Positions 1 through 9,648 of a stretch of 64,000 bases of DNA are shown piece by piece. The stretch is from Candidatus Blackburnbacteria bacterium RIFCSPHIGHO2_12_FULL_44_25 (lineage in GTDB: Bacteria; Patescibacteriota; Microgenomatia; UBA8517; UBA10165), in the NCBI GenBank assembly GCA_001816455.1, contig MHCB01000038.1:7965-71964 (forward strand). The letters run 5' to 3'. A program made the translations under genes and the position numbers. The notes under the pieces are model-generated. The model was given only the letters and a program-made list of their open reading frames with translations, did not search any database and had not been told where the DNA came from. Position 1 is the stretch's first letter. Each line of letters starts with the position of its first letter.

Positions 1-344
1 CTTTTGAGGAGGCGGCACGACAATTACGCGATATTTGGCTTGAGTTTGGCAGGGCTGGGGACCAACATCAAGCGGTTGGATCTAGACGTAGTAAGATTGA
101 GGCTCTTGATAAATCTCTGTCTCCTGAGGCTAAACGTTATCTTGACGAGGAGGTTTCGGGGGAAGGGCGGGGAGTTATTACAAGGGGGCGCGAAATACAG
201 CTTCAGGCTCTTAAGGAAGTTCAAGGCGAAAAAGCTCGAGAGAGGCGGAGGGTTGAAGCCGAGAAGGAGACAGCGAGAAGACAATCAAGAGGGCAAAAAA
301 GAGCAACTAGAAATCGGAAGGCTGAGGAGCGTCGGCGGAATTAG
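1..344 (+). CDS. 3' end of a hypothetical charged protein (partial, frame +3)
   Basis: Frame from position 3 is open (FEEAARQLRDIWLEFG...EERRRN) to TAG at 342-344. It reads more like a protein than the listed 4..384 ORF and does not overlap pheT. Confidence 0.6.
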   Translation, partial: FEEAARQLRDIWLEFGRAGDQHQAVGSRRSKIEALDKSLSPEAKRYLDEEVSGEGRGVITRGREIQLQALKEVQGEKARERRRVEAEKETARRQSRGQKRATRNRKAEERRRN

Positions 345-365
345 GATCGGTCTGTTGAATAGTTT

Positions 366-2390
366 CTATTTCAGGGAGATTTGAAGTTTTTCTTTGAGAG
401 TTTTTAGGATTTTTTTGCGGATTTCTTCTACTTCACTATTGGTTAGAGTTTTTTCGGGGTCTGAGTAGCTTATTCTTAGGGTTTTTGTGTCTTCGTAAAC
501 ATCGGCAAGCCCGACCTTTGTTATCTGTTTGTCGACTTTTTTAATTTCCTCTATGACTTCTGCCAAATAAACACCATGGGGTGTAATAAGGTTAACATCT
601 TCTACCTGTGGAGGATTTTTAGGGATTGGATGTAGATTGGGAATATCTTTTGCGCACTTCTTTAGTTCTCTCACGGAGAACTCGTAGTAGAGATGGCCAG
701 AATTTAAGTACCCGAAGTAACCTAAGACCTTTTTGTCGGACTTTACAGCCAGAGATCTTCCGGTCTCGTATCCTTCTTGATCTTTTGCTTGCCAGATTAC
801 CGCAACTCGCATCTCTTTCAATAACTGTTCTACGACCCCTTTTGCTTTTCTGTAATCGTAATTTGCAAAAACTCCTGCCAGCATTAGCTTCTCCTCGGGA
901 AGATCCTCTGTTTTGGGTAAGTAGGTATTTGAAATTTCAAACAAGTGGAACGGACCTTTTTCTCTTTTGTTGTCTTCTACAGCTCGGACAACTGACGGAG
1001 CAAGAGACATTCTTAAGTATTCCCCTTCTTTTCCCAGGGGATTTTTTAGCTTTAGTGGAGTTTGCAAGGTCTGACCTTTTAAGACTGGTAGGGAGGATAG
1101 GTTTTTGGAAACTAAAGAAGATGTGTAGACTTCTGTTCCATCTAGAGCTTTGAGGGTGTTTTTTAATTTTGTTTCGAAGTTAAAAGTAGAGTCTGTTGGT
1201 TGGTTTGGTAGGGGGCCAGACATAAGAGTGCTTGGGATGTTATGGTAGCCGTATATTCTTGCTATTTCTTCAACTATGTCTTCGGGAATTGAGACGTCAA
1301 GCGCGCGGTAGGAGGGGATTTGGACGGTTAGGTTGTGGGTTGTAGGTTGTAGAGTTATACCAAAACCCAAAGAGCAGAGGATGGTTGTTACTTCCTTTGC
1401 TGGGATTTTTATTCCCAACCTCTCCTCTATAAATTCTTCGGAAATTGTGATTTTTTTAGGTTTGTAAGGGTTGGGGTAGATGTCGTGGATTTTGCTGACA
1501 ACTTTTCCGTTGGCAAGTTCTTTGTAGAGCTGTATTCCTCTTAGGATTGCAGTCATTCCCAATTCCGGATCTACTCCCCTTTCGTTCATTGATGCTGCTT
1601 GTGTTCTTACTCCCAAAGACATAGAGGTCTGTCGGATGCGAGCAGGACTGGTGTTGTCTACAAAAAAGATTATGCGGCGAGTGTTTTTATTTACAACACT
1701 GTTTTCGGTTCCCATAATTCCCGGAAGATCTACAATCTCTCCCGTTCCATCGTCGATTACAATGTCGCCACCCGGGAGTTTAAAAGTTTTTTTGTCTAGG
1801 GTAGTTAATTTTTCTCCGGGTATTGATTCTCGAAAAATAAGTTTGTGAGTTTTTATACGGTCGTAGTCGAATACGTGGGTTGGATGTCCCGTTTCAAGCA
1901 TTACATAGTTTGTAATGTCTATTAAGGATCCCAGCGAGCGAATACCTGAATCTTCAAGGCGATTTTTTAGCCAGTCTGGAGAAGGAGCATTTGTGACTTG
2001 TAAAACGACGGCCATTACCCTTTTTGTGAGTTTGGGGTTTGTTGAAATGTCCAAAGGTAGGGTGTCTGCTTCGGGTTTGACTGTGGCGGGAGTTGGTATT
2101 TCCAGTCTTGCTGGGAATTTGAAGCGAGGTAGAATTGCTGCAGCTTCTTTAGCAATACCATAAACGCTTGCTGAGTCGACACGATTGGTTGTTACTTCAA
2201 TAGAATAAACCACGTTGTAGTTTGCAATACGCTTCGCTTTCGCTACGCGATTGTAAACAGGGCCGGTTTTGCCTTCGCGGATTCTTTCAACGGAGGGGCC
2301 GCAAAGAGACAAGCAACGCTGAAGGTCTTCCGGAGAAGCCTTGGTTTTTAAAAACTCTCTTAGCCAATTGTCGGGGATAAGGATGTCCAT
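366..2390 (-). CDS. pheT: Phenylalanine--tRNA ligase beta subunit (short form without OB domain)
   Basis: EVTTNRVD, DITNYVMLETGHPTHVFD and DIVEEIARIYGY motifs; C-terminal FDX-ACB domain; directly follows pheS. Confidence 0.97.
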   Translation of the reverse strand: MDILIPDNWLREFLKTKASPEDLQRCLSLCGPSVERIREGKTGPVYNRVAKAKRIANYNVVYSIEVTTNRVDSASVYGIAKEAAAILPRFKFPARLEIPTPATVKPEADTLPLDISTNPKLTKRVMAVVLQVTNAPSPDWLKNRLEDSGIRSLGSLIDITNYVMLETGHPTHVFDYDRIKTHKLIFRESIPGEKLTTLDKKTFKLPGGDIVIDDGTGEIVDLPGIMGTENSVVNKNTRRIIFFVDNTSPARIRQTSMSLGVRTQAASMNERGVDPELGMTAILRGIQLYKELANGKVVSKIHDIYPNPYKPKKITISEEFIEERLGIKIPAKEVTTILCSLGFGITLQPTTHNLTVQIPSYRALDVSIPEDIVEEIARIYGYHNIPSTLMSGPLPNQPTDSTFNFETKLKNTLKALDGTEVYTSSLVSKNLSSLPVLKGQTLQTPLKLKNPLGKEGEYLRMSLAPSVVRAVEDNKREKGPFHLFEISNTYLPKTEDLPEEKLMLAGVFANYDYRKAKGVVEQLLKEMRVAVIWQAKDQEGYETGRSLAVKSDKKVLGYFGYLNSGHLYYEFSVRELKKCAKDIPNLHPIPKNPPQVEDVNLITPHGVYLAEVIEEIKKVDKQITKVGLADVYEDTKTLRISYSDPEKTLTNSEVEEIRKKILKTLKEKLQISLK

Positions 2391-2391
2391 A

Positions 2392-3420
2392 TTAGAATTG
2401 TCGTAAGTGTCTTAGGTCTGTGCTGTATAGGGTTCTAAGATCGTCTATTTCTATTCCAGGTTTCAGGAGTTGGGCGCGTTCTACCCCCCAGCCGAATGCA
2501 AACCCTGAGTATTCCGTGGGGTCTATTCCGCCTGCTTTAAGAACATTTGGATGTACCATTCCGGCTCCCCCTACTTCGTGCCAGCCGCTTTTACAGAAAC
2601 GGCATCCTTTGCCGTCGCAATGGACACAGGAGAAATCTACCTCAAATGAGGGTTCTGTGAACATAAAATGAAATGGGCGGATTCGGGATACTGCTTTTTC
2701 CCCGTAGAATTGCTTTGCAAAAAAGTCGATTGTTCCTTTAAGGTGTGTGATATTGATACCTTTGTCTATTACTAAACCTTCAAATTGATGGAACATTGGG
2801 ACGTGGGTGTTATCCGATTGGCGGCGATAGCATTTGGCAATGTTGATCATTCTGATTGGAGGAACTTTCACTCTTTGCATTTCTCTTGGTTGGCCGGATG
2901 AAGTATGGGGAGTTAGGACCATCTTGCCGTATTTTTTGTCCTCGGGATGGTCTACAAAGAACGTTTCCCATTCGTCGCGTGCGGGATGATCTTTGGGCAT
3001 ATTGAGAGCTTCGAAAGCAAACCAATCCCATTCAACTTCGGGGTAGCGGACGCGCACAAATCCGATTTTCTGGAAGATTCCGGAAATTTCTTCAATTGCT
3101 TGGGTTACTAGATGGAGATTGCCCAAAATCGGTTCTATTCCGGGAACTGTTGGGTCAAACCAGCCTTTCTTTTCTTCTCCGCGTATTTCCTGGATTTTTT
3201 CCAAGATAAGATTTTCCAGGGCATTTTTTGTGTCGTTGAAGATTCTTCCGACTAATGCTTTTTGGTTTGAGTCGAGATTTTTTAAATCCTCTGCGATTTT
3301 ATTTAGCTCGCCATTTCTTCCAAGATAGTTAATTCTTAATTGTTCAAGTTCGGCGACAGAATCGGCGGAATTTATTTGGGCCCAGGCTTGAGTTTTTAGG
3401 TTGTGTAGTTTTTGGTCCAT
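2392..3420 (-). CDS. pheS: Phenylalanine--tRNA ligase alpha subunit
   Basis: HPARD, FHQFEGL, FTEPSFEVD, GMVHPNVL and GFAFGWGVER motifs. Confidence 0.98.
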   Translation of the reverse strand: MDQKLHNLKTQAWAQINSADSVAELEQLRINYLGRNGELNKIAEDLKNLDSNQKALVGRIFNDTKNALENLILEKIQEIRGEEKKGWFDPTVPGIEPILGNLHLVTQAIEEISGIFQKIGFVRVRYPEVEWDWFAFEALNMPKDHPARDEWETFFVDHPEDKKYGKMVLTPHTSSGQPREMQRVKVPPIRMINIAKCYRRQSDNTHVPMFHQFEGLVIDKGINITHLKGTIDFFAKQFYGEKAVSRIRPFHFMFTEPSFEVDFSCVHCDGKGCRFCKSGWHEVGGAGMVHPNVLKAGGIDPTEYSGFAFGWGVERAQLLKPGIEIDDLRTLYSTDLRHLRQF

Positions 3421-3426
3421 ACTAAA

Positions 3427-3467
3427 AGATGTAAGACATAAGACATTGGATGTTGGACATTAGACCG
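3427..3467. repeat. Degenerate 7-bp tandem array (RGAYRTW)
   Basis: agatgta agacata agacatt ggatgtt ggacatt agac. Confidence 0.7.
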
Positions 3468-3483
3468 GTGAACCATTGTAACA

Positions 3484-3760
3484 AAATCGCCCGTATGTAC
3501 TCTCCAAGTTAATGAAGAACACATACGGGCTCTTCACTTCGTTCAGAGTAAACTGAGCGGTCAAGAACGGTACCACCGTATTTTTTGCTTGTAGGACTCC
3601 GTAGCCTGGGGCTCGACATCCTTTTGTTCTATTACGGGAACTTCCCGGTCCGCCCTACTTCGTAGTTCAGGCGGACGGCCAGGTACCAGTCGGTACCCGG
3701 TCCCGCACCGTCTGGTGCTGGGACTCCGTGGCGAATGCACCACATCAATGCCTTTGCAAT
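3484..3760 (-). promoter_or_regulatory. T-box riboswitch-like leader of pheS
   Basis: Minus strand ACGG-TGGTACC-GTTC...GAGC-CCGT antiterminator (UGGUACC at 3569-3575) overlaps terminator GCCCGTATGTG...TACATACGGGC-GATTTT. A UUC (Phe) codon lies in a short 5' hairpin at 3728-3743. Confidence 0.75.
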
Positions 3761-3766
3761 TGTTTT

Positions 3767-3795
3767 ATTGTAGTGCAGGCATGGCTTAGTGTCAA
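3767..3795 (-). promoter_or_regulatory. sigma70-type promoter of pheS leader
   Basis: TTGACA-17 bp-TACAAT on minus strand. Confidence 0.75.
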
Positions 3796-3840
3796 CGAGT
3801 TGCTACTTGACAGTGTTTTCACGATATGTACAAATGAATT

Positions 3841-4173
3841 ATGTTCCTGCCTCGTCCAAAGGACGACCAGCCTTTGGCTGGCAGTCTTGGATTTGTTACT
3901 ATCTTTCCTTTGATTCTTTTTGCAGTTGTGGTTCTTGCTGGTATTTCCGTGTTTTCGGATAGTTTTAAGAGGGAGGAAATATCACGTGTGTTGGGGGCCC
4001 AGACTGTTTCCCAGGTAGATACACGTGTTGTCCGAGAGAGACGGGTTTATAAAGTTTTTGGAGTTTTACCGGTTAGTGTACAAGTTGAGGTGTTGGTTTC
4101 TTCGGGGGATGGGGCGGTTGTTGAAACCCATGAGTCTCCCCTAGTTCGGGCTGTAGATTATCTTTCCCCGTGA
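3841..4173 (+). CDS. Small membrane-anchored hypothetical protein with VLGA motif
   Basis: N-terminal hydrophobic helix followed by VLGAQT; 110 aa ORF. Confidence 0.75.
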   Translation: MFLPRPKDDQPLAGSLGFVTIFPLILFAVVVLAGISVFSDSFKREEISRVLGAQTVSQVDTRVVRERRVYKVFGVLPVSVQVEVLVSSGDGAVVETHESPLVRAVDYLSP

Positions 4174-4268
4174 ATTTCTTTTTTGTTTGAAGTGCGGTTC
4201 CCTGGGTCCTTGCTTTTTTGGCTTGGACCCAGGGTTTGGGCAGTGTTTTTCGACTCGGCCTGGGATCG

Positions 4269-5450
4269 CTACTGTTTTGTGTGCAGCTCGGGGTTGAGCT
4301 GGACGGCGGCCTTGGTCGGACCGGCTTCCAACTCGCCCGTGAGGCTGTTGCGCCAATAACGCAGGTTGGGTCTGCCCGAGAGCTCCCAGGTGCGCACGAC
4401 GGTGCCTTCTGGCTGCAGGCGAATGGGGCCGTTGCTCAGAACGTACACGCCTTGCTGTACCTGACATCCGGGGCCGAGGCTAATGCCTGTGCCTGAATTG
4501 GCGCCCAGCAAGCAACCGTCACCGATGGTGATCACCTCTTTGCCGCCTCCAGAGAGTGTGCCCATGATAGACGCTCCGCCACCGATGTCCGAGCCGGCGC
4601 CAACGAGCACTCCCTGGCTGATCCGGCCTTCGACCATAGAGGGGCCGAGCGTGCCGGCGTTGAAATTGCAGAATCCCTCCTGCATGACAGTAGTGCCTTT
4701 GGCGAGATGGGCTCCCAAGCGCACACGGCTGGCGTCGGCAACACGTACGCCACTTGGTACAACGTAGTCGGTCATGTGCGGGAACTTGTCTACGCCAAAT
4801 ACGCGCAGGTGTACGCCCCGTGCTAGGCACTGCAGCTTGGCCATCTCGAAGGTTTCCGGCGCCAGTGGCCCTTCGCTGGTCCAGAGGACGTTTGGCAGTA
4901 GCCCGATGAGGCCGCTGAGGTTGATGCTTCGAGGCTGGACCCTTCGGTGCGATAGGAGGTGCAGGCGCAGGTAGCAATCGTGCACGTCAACCGGTGGATC
5001 GTCCAGGCTGCCGATGAATGTGACCACAACTGTTTGGGGTACTAAGGTCTTTGTGTGGTCAGGGCTCGTGAGCAGTTGGTGTAGAGCCTTGAGTATTTCG
5101 ATGTTTGGGTGGTATTTGCCGTCGCCTTCAAGTGGTCCAAAGATGCGCAGGACCATTTCTATGTTTGTTCGGGACAAGCTGCGGCTTGCTGAACCAGTGG
5201 AATGGCCTGTCACGTCGGCTAGCACTGCGGCAGTGTCGAAGTGCTCCATCAGGTTCACATGTGGATACCAGGTGTCGAGTACTTGGGCGCCGCCAAACAT
5301 CACTTCGGGCTCACCCGCGTTTACTAGTGTGTGGCTGGCGAGGCCGATGGCGAACGCTGTTGGAGGTTCGTAGACAGGCCGCGCTCTTACCGCTTCGATG
5401 TAGTTGTCGTAGTCTTCTTGTGTCCAGACCGACTGGTGGCTTCTTGTCAC
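4269..5450 (-). CDS. dapD: Tetrahydrodipicolinate N-succinyltransferase (actinobacterial/Pseudomonas type)
   Basis: YLRLHLLSHR, VDKFPHMTDYVVPSGVRVADASRVRLGAHL, NFNAGTLG and SDIGGGASIMGTLSGGG hexapeptide region. Confidence 0.92.
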   Translation of the reverse strand: MTRSHQSVWTQEDYDNYIEAVRARPVYEPPTAFAIGLASHTLVNAGEPEVMFGGAQVLDTWYPHVNLMEHFDTAAVLADVTGHSTGSASRSLSRTNIEMVLRIFGPLEGDGKYHPNIEILKALHQLLTSPDHTKTLVPQTVVVTFIGSLDDPPVDVHDCYLRLHLLSHRRVQPRSINLSGLIGLLPNVLWTSEGPLAPETFEMAKLQCLARGVHLRVFGVDKFPHMTDYVVPSGVRVADASRVRLGAHLAKGTTVMQEGFCNFNAGTLGPSMVEGRISQGVLVGAGSDIGGGASIMGTLSGGGKEVITIGDGCLLGANSGTGISLGPGCQVQQGVYVLSNGPIRLQPEGTVVRTWELSGRPNLRYWRNSLTGELEAGPTKAAVQLNPELHTKQ

Positions 5451-5522
5451 TACCGTGCCTTTCTGTTGCTAAGGTGCTGCCCAAGAGAATTTCTCCTGGG
5501 TTCCGTTTCGACGGAATGAGGA

Positions 5523-5551
5523 ATTATACCGTGCGAGGTTGGTGTAATCAA
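5523..5551 (-). promoter_or_regulatory. Promoter of dapD
   Basis: TTGATT-17 bp-TATAAT on minus strand. Confidence 0.6.
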
Positions 5552-5584
5552 ACATTATGGGTTTTTGGTATACTTAGTTTATAT

Positions 5585-6592
5585 ATGGCAAGATATTTTT
5601 CTACATTTATTCCGGGTTTGGGGGAGGTTGTTCAAGCGGAACTTAAAAGGAAGCTTCCAGATTTAAAAGTTGAGCTTTTGGTTGATGGTCTAGTTGTGTA
5701 CGAGACTGAAGCTTCTATTGAGGAAGTTTCCGCTTTAAGGTTTTTGAATAATAGTTTTTATGTTTTTCATTTTTTTAAAAAAGTTGAACCCAACTCTTTG
5801 GTTGGGATGATGAAGTTTGTTTATAACAGTGATTTTTTGAAGAAGATGTCTGTTCCGCGAGTCAAGAGCCGTGATCGCAGTTTTAGGGTGATTACTTCTT
5901 ATCAAAACAAATTGAGGGCTGTGGAACTTAATGTTTTGAAGAATGCTGAAGAAAAGATTGCGAAGGCTACGCGGCTGACCTTGGATCGGTCAAAACCGGA
6001 TCTGGAATTTTGGTTCTTGGAGCGGTCCGAGGGTATTGGATTTTTTGCTTTGAGGCTAACGTACGATAGACGATCTGAAAAAGACTTAGAACGCGGAGAG
6101 TTGAGGCCGGAGCTTTGCAATTTGTTATGTATTTTGTCTGAACCTCAAGAGGATGATGTTTTTCTTGACCCATTTTCTGGGACTGGAGCAATACTGAGGG
6201 AAAGGATGCAAATAGCGTATAGCAAATTGTTTGTAGGAGAAAAAGATAAGGATAAGTTTGAATGTTTAAAGACAAGGTTTCATAAAAATGATGTAGAAGT
6301 TTTTCAGGCGGATGCGACAAAATTGCCTCTCGGAGACGATTCGGTTAATAAGATTGTTACTGATCCGCCGTGGGGGCAGGCTGAGGAGGTGGAGGCGGAA
6401 ACACTTTACAAAGGAATGTTTGCTGAATTCTCTAGAGTTTTGCGGAGGGGTGGGGTGTTAGTTCTTCTTACGTCCCAGAAAGATATTGTTGAGGAGTTCT
6501 TAAAGGAGAGTTCGGATTTTAGCCTGGATGCGCGGTATGATGTTTTAGTTTCGGGAAGAAAAGCGGGGGTTTTTAAAATTAGGCGGATTTAG
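5585..6592 (+). CDS. SAM-dependent RNA methyltransferase (UPF0020/Trm14-like); start trimmed to ATG 5585
   Basis: [12 protein letters not shown] motif, VTDPPWG motif IV and GELRPEL. The upstream part of the listed ORF overlaps dapD. Confidence 0.85.
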   Translation: MARYFSTFIPGLGEVVQAELKRKLPDLKVELLVDGLVVYETEASIEEVSALRFLNNSFYVFHFFKKVEPNSLVGMMKFVYNSDFLKKMSVPRVKSRDRSFRVITSYQNKLRAVELNVLKNAEEKIAKATRLTLDRSKPDLEFWFLERSEGIGFFALRLTYDRRSEKDLERGELRPELCNLLCILSEPQEDDVFLDPFSGTGAILRERMQIAYSKLFVGEKDKDKFECLKTRFHKNDVEVFQADATKLPLGDDSVNKIVTDPPWGQAEEVEAETLYKGMFAEFSRVLRRGGVLVLLTSQKDIVEEFLKESSDFSLDARYDVLVSGRKAGVFKIRRI

Positions 6593-6929
6593 CTTTTCCA
6601 ACTATTTCTCCGAAGGTTTGAGGATCGCGGACTGCGATGTCGGAGAGTATTTTCCGGTCGAGTTCGATGTTTTTGTCTTTGAGGCTTTTTATAAATCTGC
6701 TGTAGGTGAGGCCGTGTTCGCGGACTGCTGCGTTTAGGCGGACAATCCAAAGAGACCTTAAGTTTCTCTTTTTGTTCTTTCGTCCGATGTATGCGTGTTG
6801 GCCTGCGTGAAGAACTGCTTCTTTTGCGACCTTATAATGCTTACTTCTTGCCTGTTTAAAGCCACGAGCAGCTTTCAACACTTTGTTGTGTTTTCTTCGT
6901 CTTACTATGCCGGTTTTTGTTCTTGCCAT
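6579..6929 (-). CDS. rplT: 50S ribosomal protein L20
   Basis: MARTKTG...[13 protein letters not shown]...[10 protein letters not shown]. Confidence 0.97.
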   Translation of the reverse strand: MARTKTGIVRRRKHNKVLKAARGFKQARSKHYKVAKEAVLHAGQHAYIGRKNKKRNLRSLWIVRLNAAVREHGLTYSRFIKSLKDKNIELDRKILSDIAVRDPQTFGEIVGKAKSA

Positions 6930-6930
6930 A

Positions 6931-7134
6931 TTACCTTAACCCTAATGCCTTCCGGAATTTTTTCCGGACTGCGCCTGTTACCTCTATTGCCCTTTTGTAG
7001 ACCCTCGATTGTTTCTTACTCTTGTTTGCTTTTAAATGTCGCCCAAAGGACCGCCCGCGTAAAATTTTACCAGTTCCGGTAATTTTTACTCGGCGAGTTA
7101 AAGCTTTTCTGGTTTTGAACTTAACTTTTTTCAT
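6931..7134 (-). CDS. rpmI: 50S ribosomal protein L35
   Basis: [19 protein letters not shown]; lies between infC and rplT. Confidence 0.95.
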   Translation of the reverse strand: MKKVKFKTRKALTRRVKITGTGKILRGRSFGRHLKANKSKKQSRVYKRAIEVTGAVRKKFRKALGLR

Positions 7135-7742
7135 GCTGTCTCTTTCGCTACTTTTTCTACCCCTACCTTTTCTGTTTTATTTGACTTGACTGGCGTTAGG
7201 ACCATTATTAGCTGTCTACCTAAAAATTTTGGTTCTTGGTCTACTGCTGATCTGTCCTTTGTTGCCTGTACTACTTTTTCGCTCAAGCGATAGCCAAATT
7301 CCCTGTGGGACATTTGGGCTCCCCGGAACTTGATGACTACTCGGACTTTACTGCCTTCTCCTAGGAATTCCTGGATTTTTTGGAGGCGAGTTTGGTAGTC
7401 GTTTTCCCCGATAAAAGGGGTCAACCAAACTTCTTTTTGCTCGGTCCCCTTTTTCTCCTTTTTCCTTGCCTCTTTTTCCTTTTTTTCTTGCTGGTACCTA
7501 AACTTGGCAAAGTCAATAATTTTTGCAACCGGAGGTTTGGCGTTAGAAGCTATTTCGACTATATCTAGCTCTAGCTCTTTTGCTTTGGCAAGTGCCTCTT
7601 CTCTCGAAAAAAGTCCAAGCTGTTTTCCCTCTGCGTCTACGACGCGGAGTTCTCTTGCTTGGATATTTTGATTAATCCTCCAATATGGTCTTTTGAAATT
7701 ATTCCTTACCGCCAAGTGACTGACCAATTCTACCACAGGCAT
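7131..7742 (-). CDS. infC: Translation initiation factor IF-3 (true start probably a few codons downstream)
   Basis: RINQNIQARELRVV, AKPPVAKIIDFAKFRY and KVRVVIKFRG. Confidence 0.95.
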   Translation of the reverse strand: MPVVELVSHLAVRNNFKRPYWRINQNIQARELRVVDAEGKQLGLFSREEALAKAKELELDIVEIASNAKPPVAKIIDFAKFRYQQEKKEKEARKKEKKGTEQKEVWLTPFIGENDYQTRLQKIQEFLGEGSKVRVVIKFRGAQMSHREFGYRLSEKVVQATKDRSAVDQEPKFLGRQLIMVLTPVKSNKTEKVGVEKVAKETA

Positions 7743-7776
7743 GCACTTTTCTGCAATCTGGGGTCTGTAAAAGCGG

Positions 7777-9648
7777 TTAAAGGTTTGTTCTTTCTTGAAT
7801 CACTTTTTTGATTTGGCTTTCGAATTCTTTCAGTTTTATAGCTCCTTCGTTTTTGCCGTTTCTTAAGCGTACCGCAACGGAGTTGGAACTTTCTTCCCTG
7901 TCGCCTACTACCAGCATGTATGGAATTTTTCTTACTTGGGCGTCTCTTATCTTTGCTTGAAGAGTTTCCGCTCTGTTGTCCGCCTCTGCCCTTATTCCTT
8001 CGTTTTCAAGAAGTACTTGAACAGAATTTGCGTAAGCTGTATTCCTTTCGGTTATTGGGAGAACTATTGCTTGGACAGGCGAAAGCCAAATGGGGAATGC
8101 TCCGCCATAGTGTTCAATTAAGAACGCAAAGAAACGTTCAAACGAACCAATTAGGGCTCTGTGGATAACATATGGTTTTTCCTCCTTACCTTCTTCGTTG
8201 GTATAAGAAAGACCGAATCTTTTTGGTAGGTTAAAATCGAATTGAATTGTAGAGATGGTATCTTCTTTGCCAAAAACATTAACGGCTTGTATATCTATTT
8301 TTGGTCCATAAAAAGCTGCTTCTCCTGGGGCTATTTTGTATTCGAGTTTATTATCGTCCAACACTTTTTTCAGGGCGTTTTCTGCTTTTTCCCATTCATC
8401 TCTTTCTGCTATTTTATACTTTGCATCTTTTGGGTCAGACAAAGACAATCTCATCCAGTATTGGGTAAAGCCCAAGTCTTTGTAGAATTGTTTTAGAATC
8501 TTTATAACTTCGGTTAGCTGTTCGTCGAGTTGGTCTGGTCGGCAAAATATATGGGCGTCATTTTGTGTGAAGCCGCGAACGCGTTGTAGCCCATGCAGTT
8601 CTCCGGATTTTTCGTACCGATAAACAAGGCCGAATTCGCCGAGCTTAAAGGGCAGATCTCTGTAACTTCTGGTTTTGGATTTATAAACCATCATAGCTCC
8701 GGGACAACTCATTGGTTTTAGGTAAAGTTTTTCGTTATCTACTTCTATTGGGGGGTACATAGAATCGTTGTAAAAGCCTAGGTGACCAGAAGTTTCAAAT
8801 AGTTCGGCTTTTGATATTACAGGGGTGATTGTGTGTTGGTACCCGTGCTGCCTTTCGACCTTGAGCATATAATCCTCAAGCTCGCGGCGAATGATGAATC
8901 CGTTTGGTAGCCAGACGGGAAGGCCTTGACCGATCTCTGGAAAGATTGCAAATAATTCAAGTTCTTGACCTAATTTTCTGTGGTTTCTTTTTTCGGCTTC
9001 TTCCTGCTGCCAGAGATATTTATCTAACTCTTCTTGTGTTGGATAGGCTGTGCCGTAAATTCGAGTTAACATCTTGTTTTTTTCATCGCCATGCCAATAG
9101 GCGCCGGCGATTGATAACAGTTTAAAAGGACCGATTTTTCCGGTTCTCTCTACGTGTGGCCCTTTGCAGACATCAACAAAAGTGTTAGGCGGGCTATCGC
9201 CTTGTATTGTGTAGATGCTTACCTTCTCGCCCCTTTTGTTTGCTTCCTCAATCCATTCAAGTTTGTAAGGATTGTTGGAAAAAGCTTTTCGTGCCTCTTC
9301 AACCGACATTTCGGTATGGGTGATTGGAAAATCGGCATTAATAATGTCCTGCATTTTCTTCTCGATTTTTGGGAGGTCTTTTTCTTGGATTTTTCGCTTG
9401 CTGTCAAAGTCAAAATAAGAACCCGAAGACGGAACCTTGCCACTTGCGTGGTAAGAACCCGAAGACGGAGTCTTGCGGAACCTTGTTTCGCCTTCTAAAT
9501 CGAAATCGAAATAGAAACCCTCTTCTGTTGCGGGGCCCATCGCAGCTAGGAGTCCCGGATAGAGTTTGAGCATGGCCATGGTTAAGACATGCTCCGCGCT
9601 GTGCCTCATTGTTTCCATTGGGTTTGGTTGATCCTGTTTTTTTGACAT
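7777..9648 (-). CDS. thrS: Threonine--tRNA ligase
   Basis: RHSAEHVL, CKGPHV, GAYWHGD, LKPMSCP, RVRGFTQNDAH and HRALIGSFERF. Start set at ATG 9648 (MSKKQ). Confidence 0.98.
   Translation of the reverse strand: MSKKQDQPNPMETMRHSAEHVLTMAMLKLYPGLLAAMGPATEEGFYFDFDLEGETRFRKTPSSGSYHASGKVPSSGSYFDFDSKRKIQEKDLPKIEKKMQDIINADFPITHTEMSVEEARKAFSNNPYKLEWIEEANKRGEKVSIYTIQGDSPPNTFVDVCKGPHVERTGKIGPFKLLSIAGAYWHGDEKNKMLTRIYGTAYPTQEELDKYLWQQEEAEKRNHRKLGQELELFAIFPEIGQGLPVWLPNGFIIRRELEDYMLKVERQHGYQHTITPVISKAELFETSGHLGFYNDSMYPPIEVDNEKLYLKPMSCPGAMMVYKSKTRSYRDLPFKLGEFGLVYRYEKSGELHGLQRVRGFTQNDAHIFCRPDQLDEQLTEVIKILKQFYKDLGFTQYWMRLSLSDPKDAKYKIAERDEWEKAENALKKVLDDNKLEYKIAPGEAAFYGPKIDIQAVNVFGKEDTISTIQFDFNLPKRFGLSYTNEEGKEEKPYVIHRALIGSFERFFAFLIEHYGGAFPIWLSPVQAIVLPITERNTAYANSVQVLLENEGIRAEADNRAETLQAKIRDAQVRKIPYMLVVGDREESSNSVAVRLRNGKNEGAIKLKEFESQIKKVIQERTNL
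9416..9485. repeat. In-frame TAAGAACC...GAACCTTG repeat pair inside thrS; third copy at 9668-9695
   Basis: taagaacccgaagacgga at 9416 and 9452. The protein shows the insertion TRFRKTPSSGSYHASGKVPSSGS between two YFDFD. Confidence 0.75.

Noticed and set aside
4-384. Listed 126-aa ORF
   Set aside because: It overlaps the pheT end and has odd composition; the +3 frame ending at 344 is more protein-like.
3561-3743. 60-aa ORF as a leader peptide for pheS
   Set aside because: It contains no Phe codons, and the region is better explained as a T-box RNA.
5105-5584. N-terminal extension of the methyltransferase ORF
   Set aside because: It overlaps dapD and its promoter on the other strand; ATG 5585 is the plausible start.
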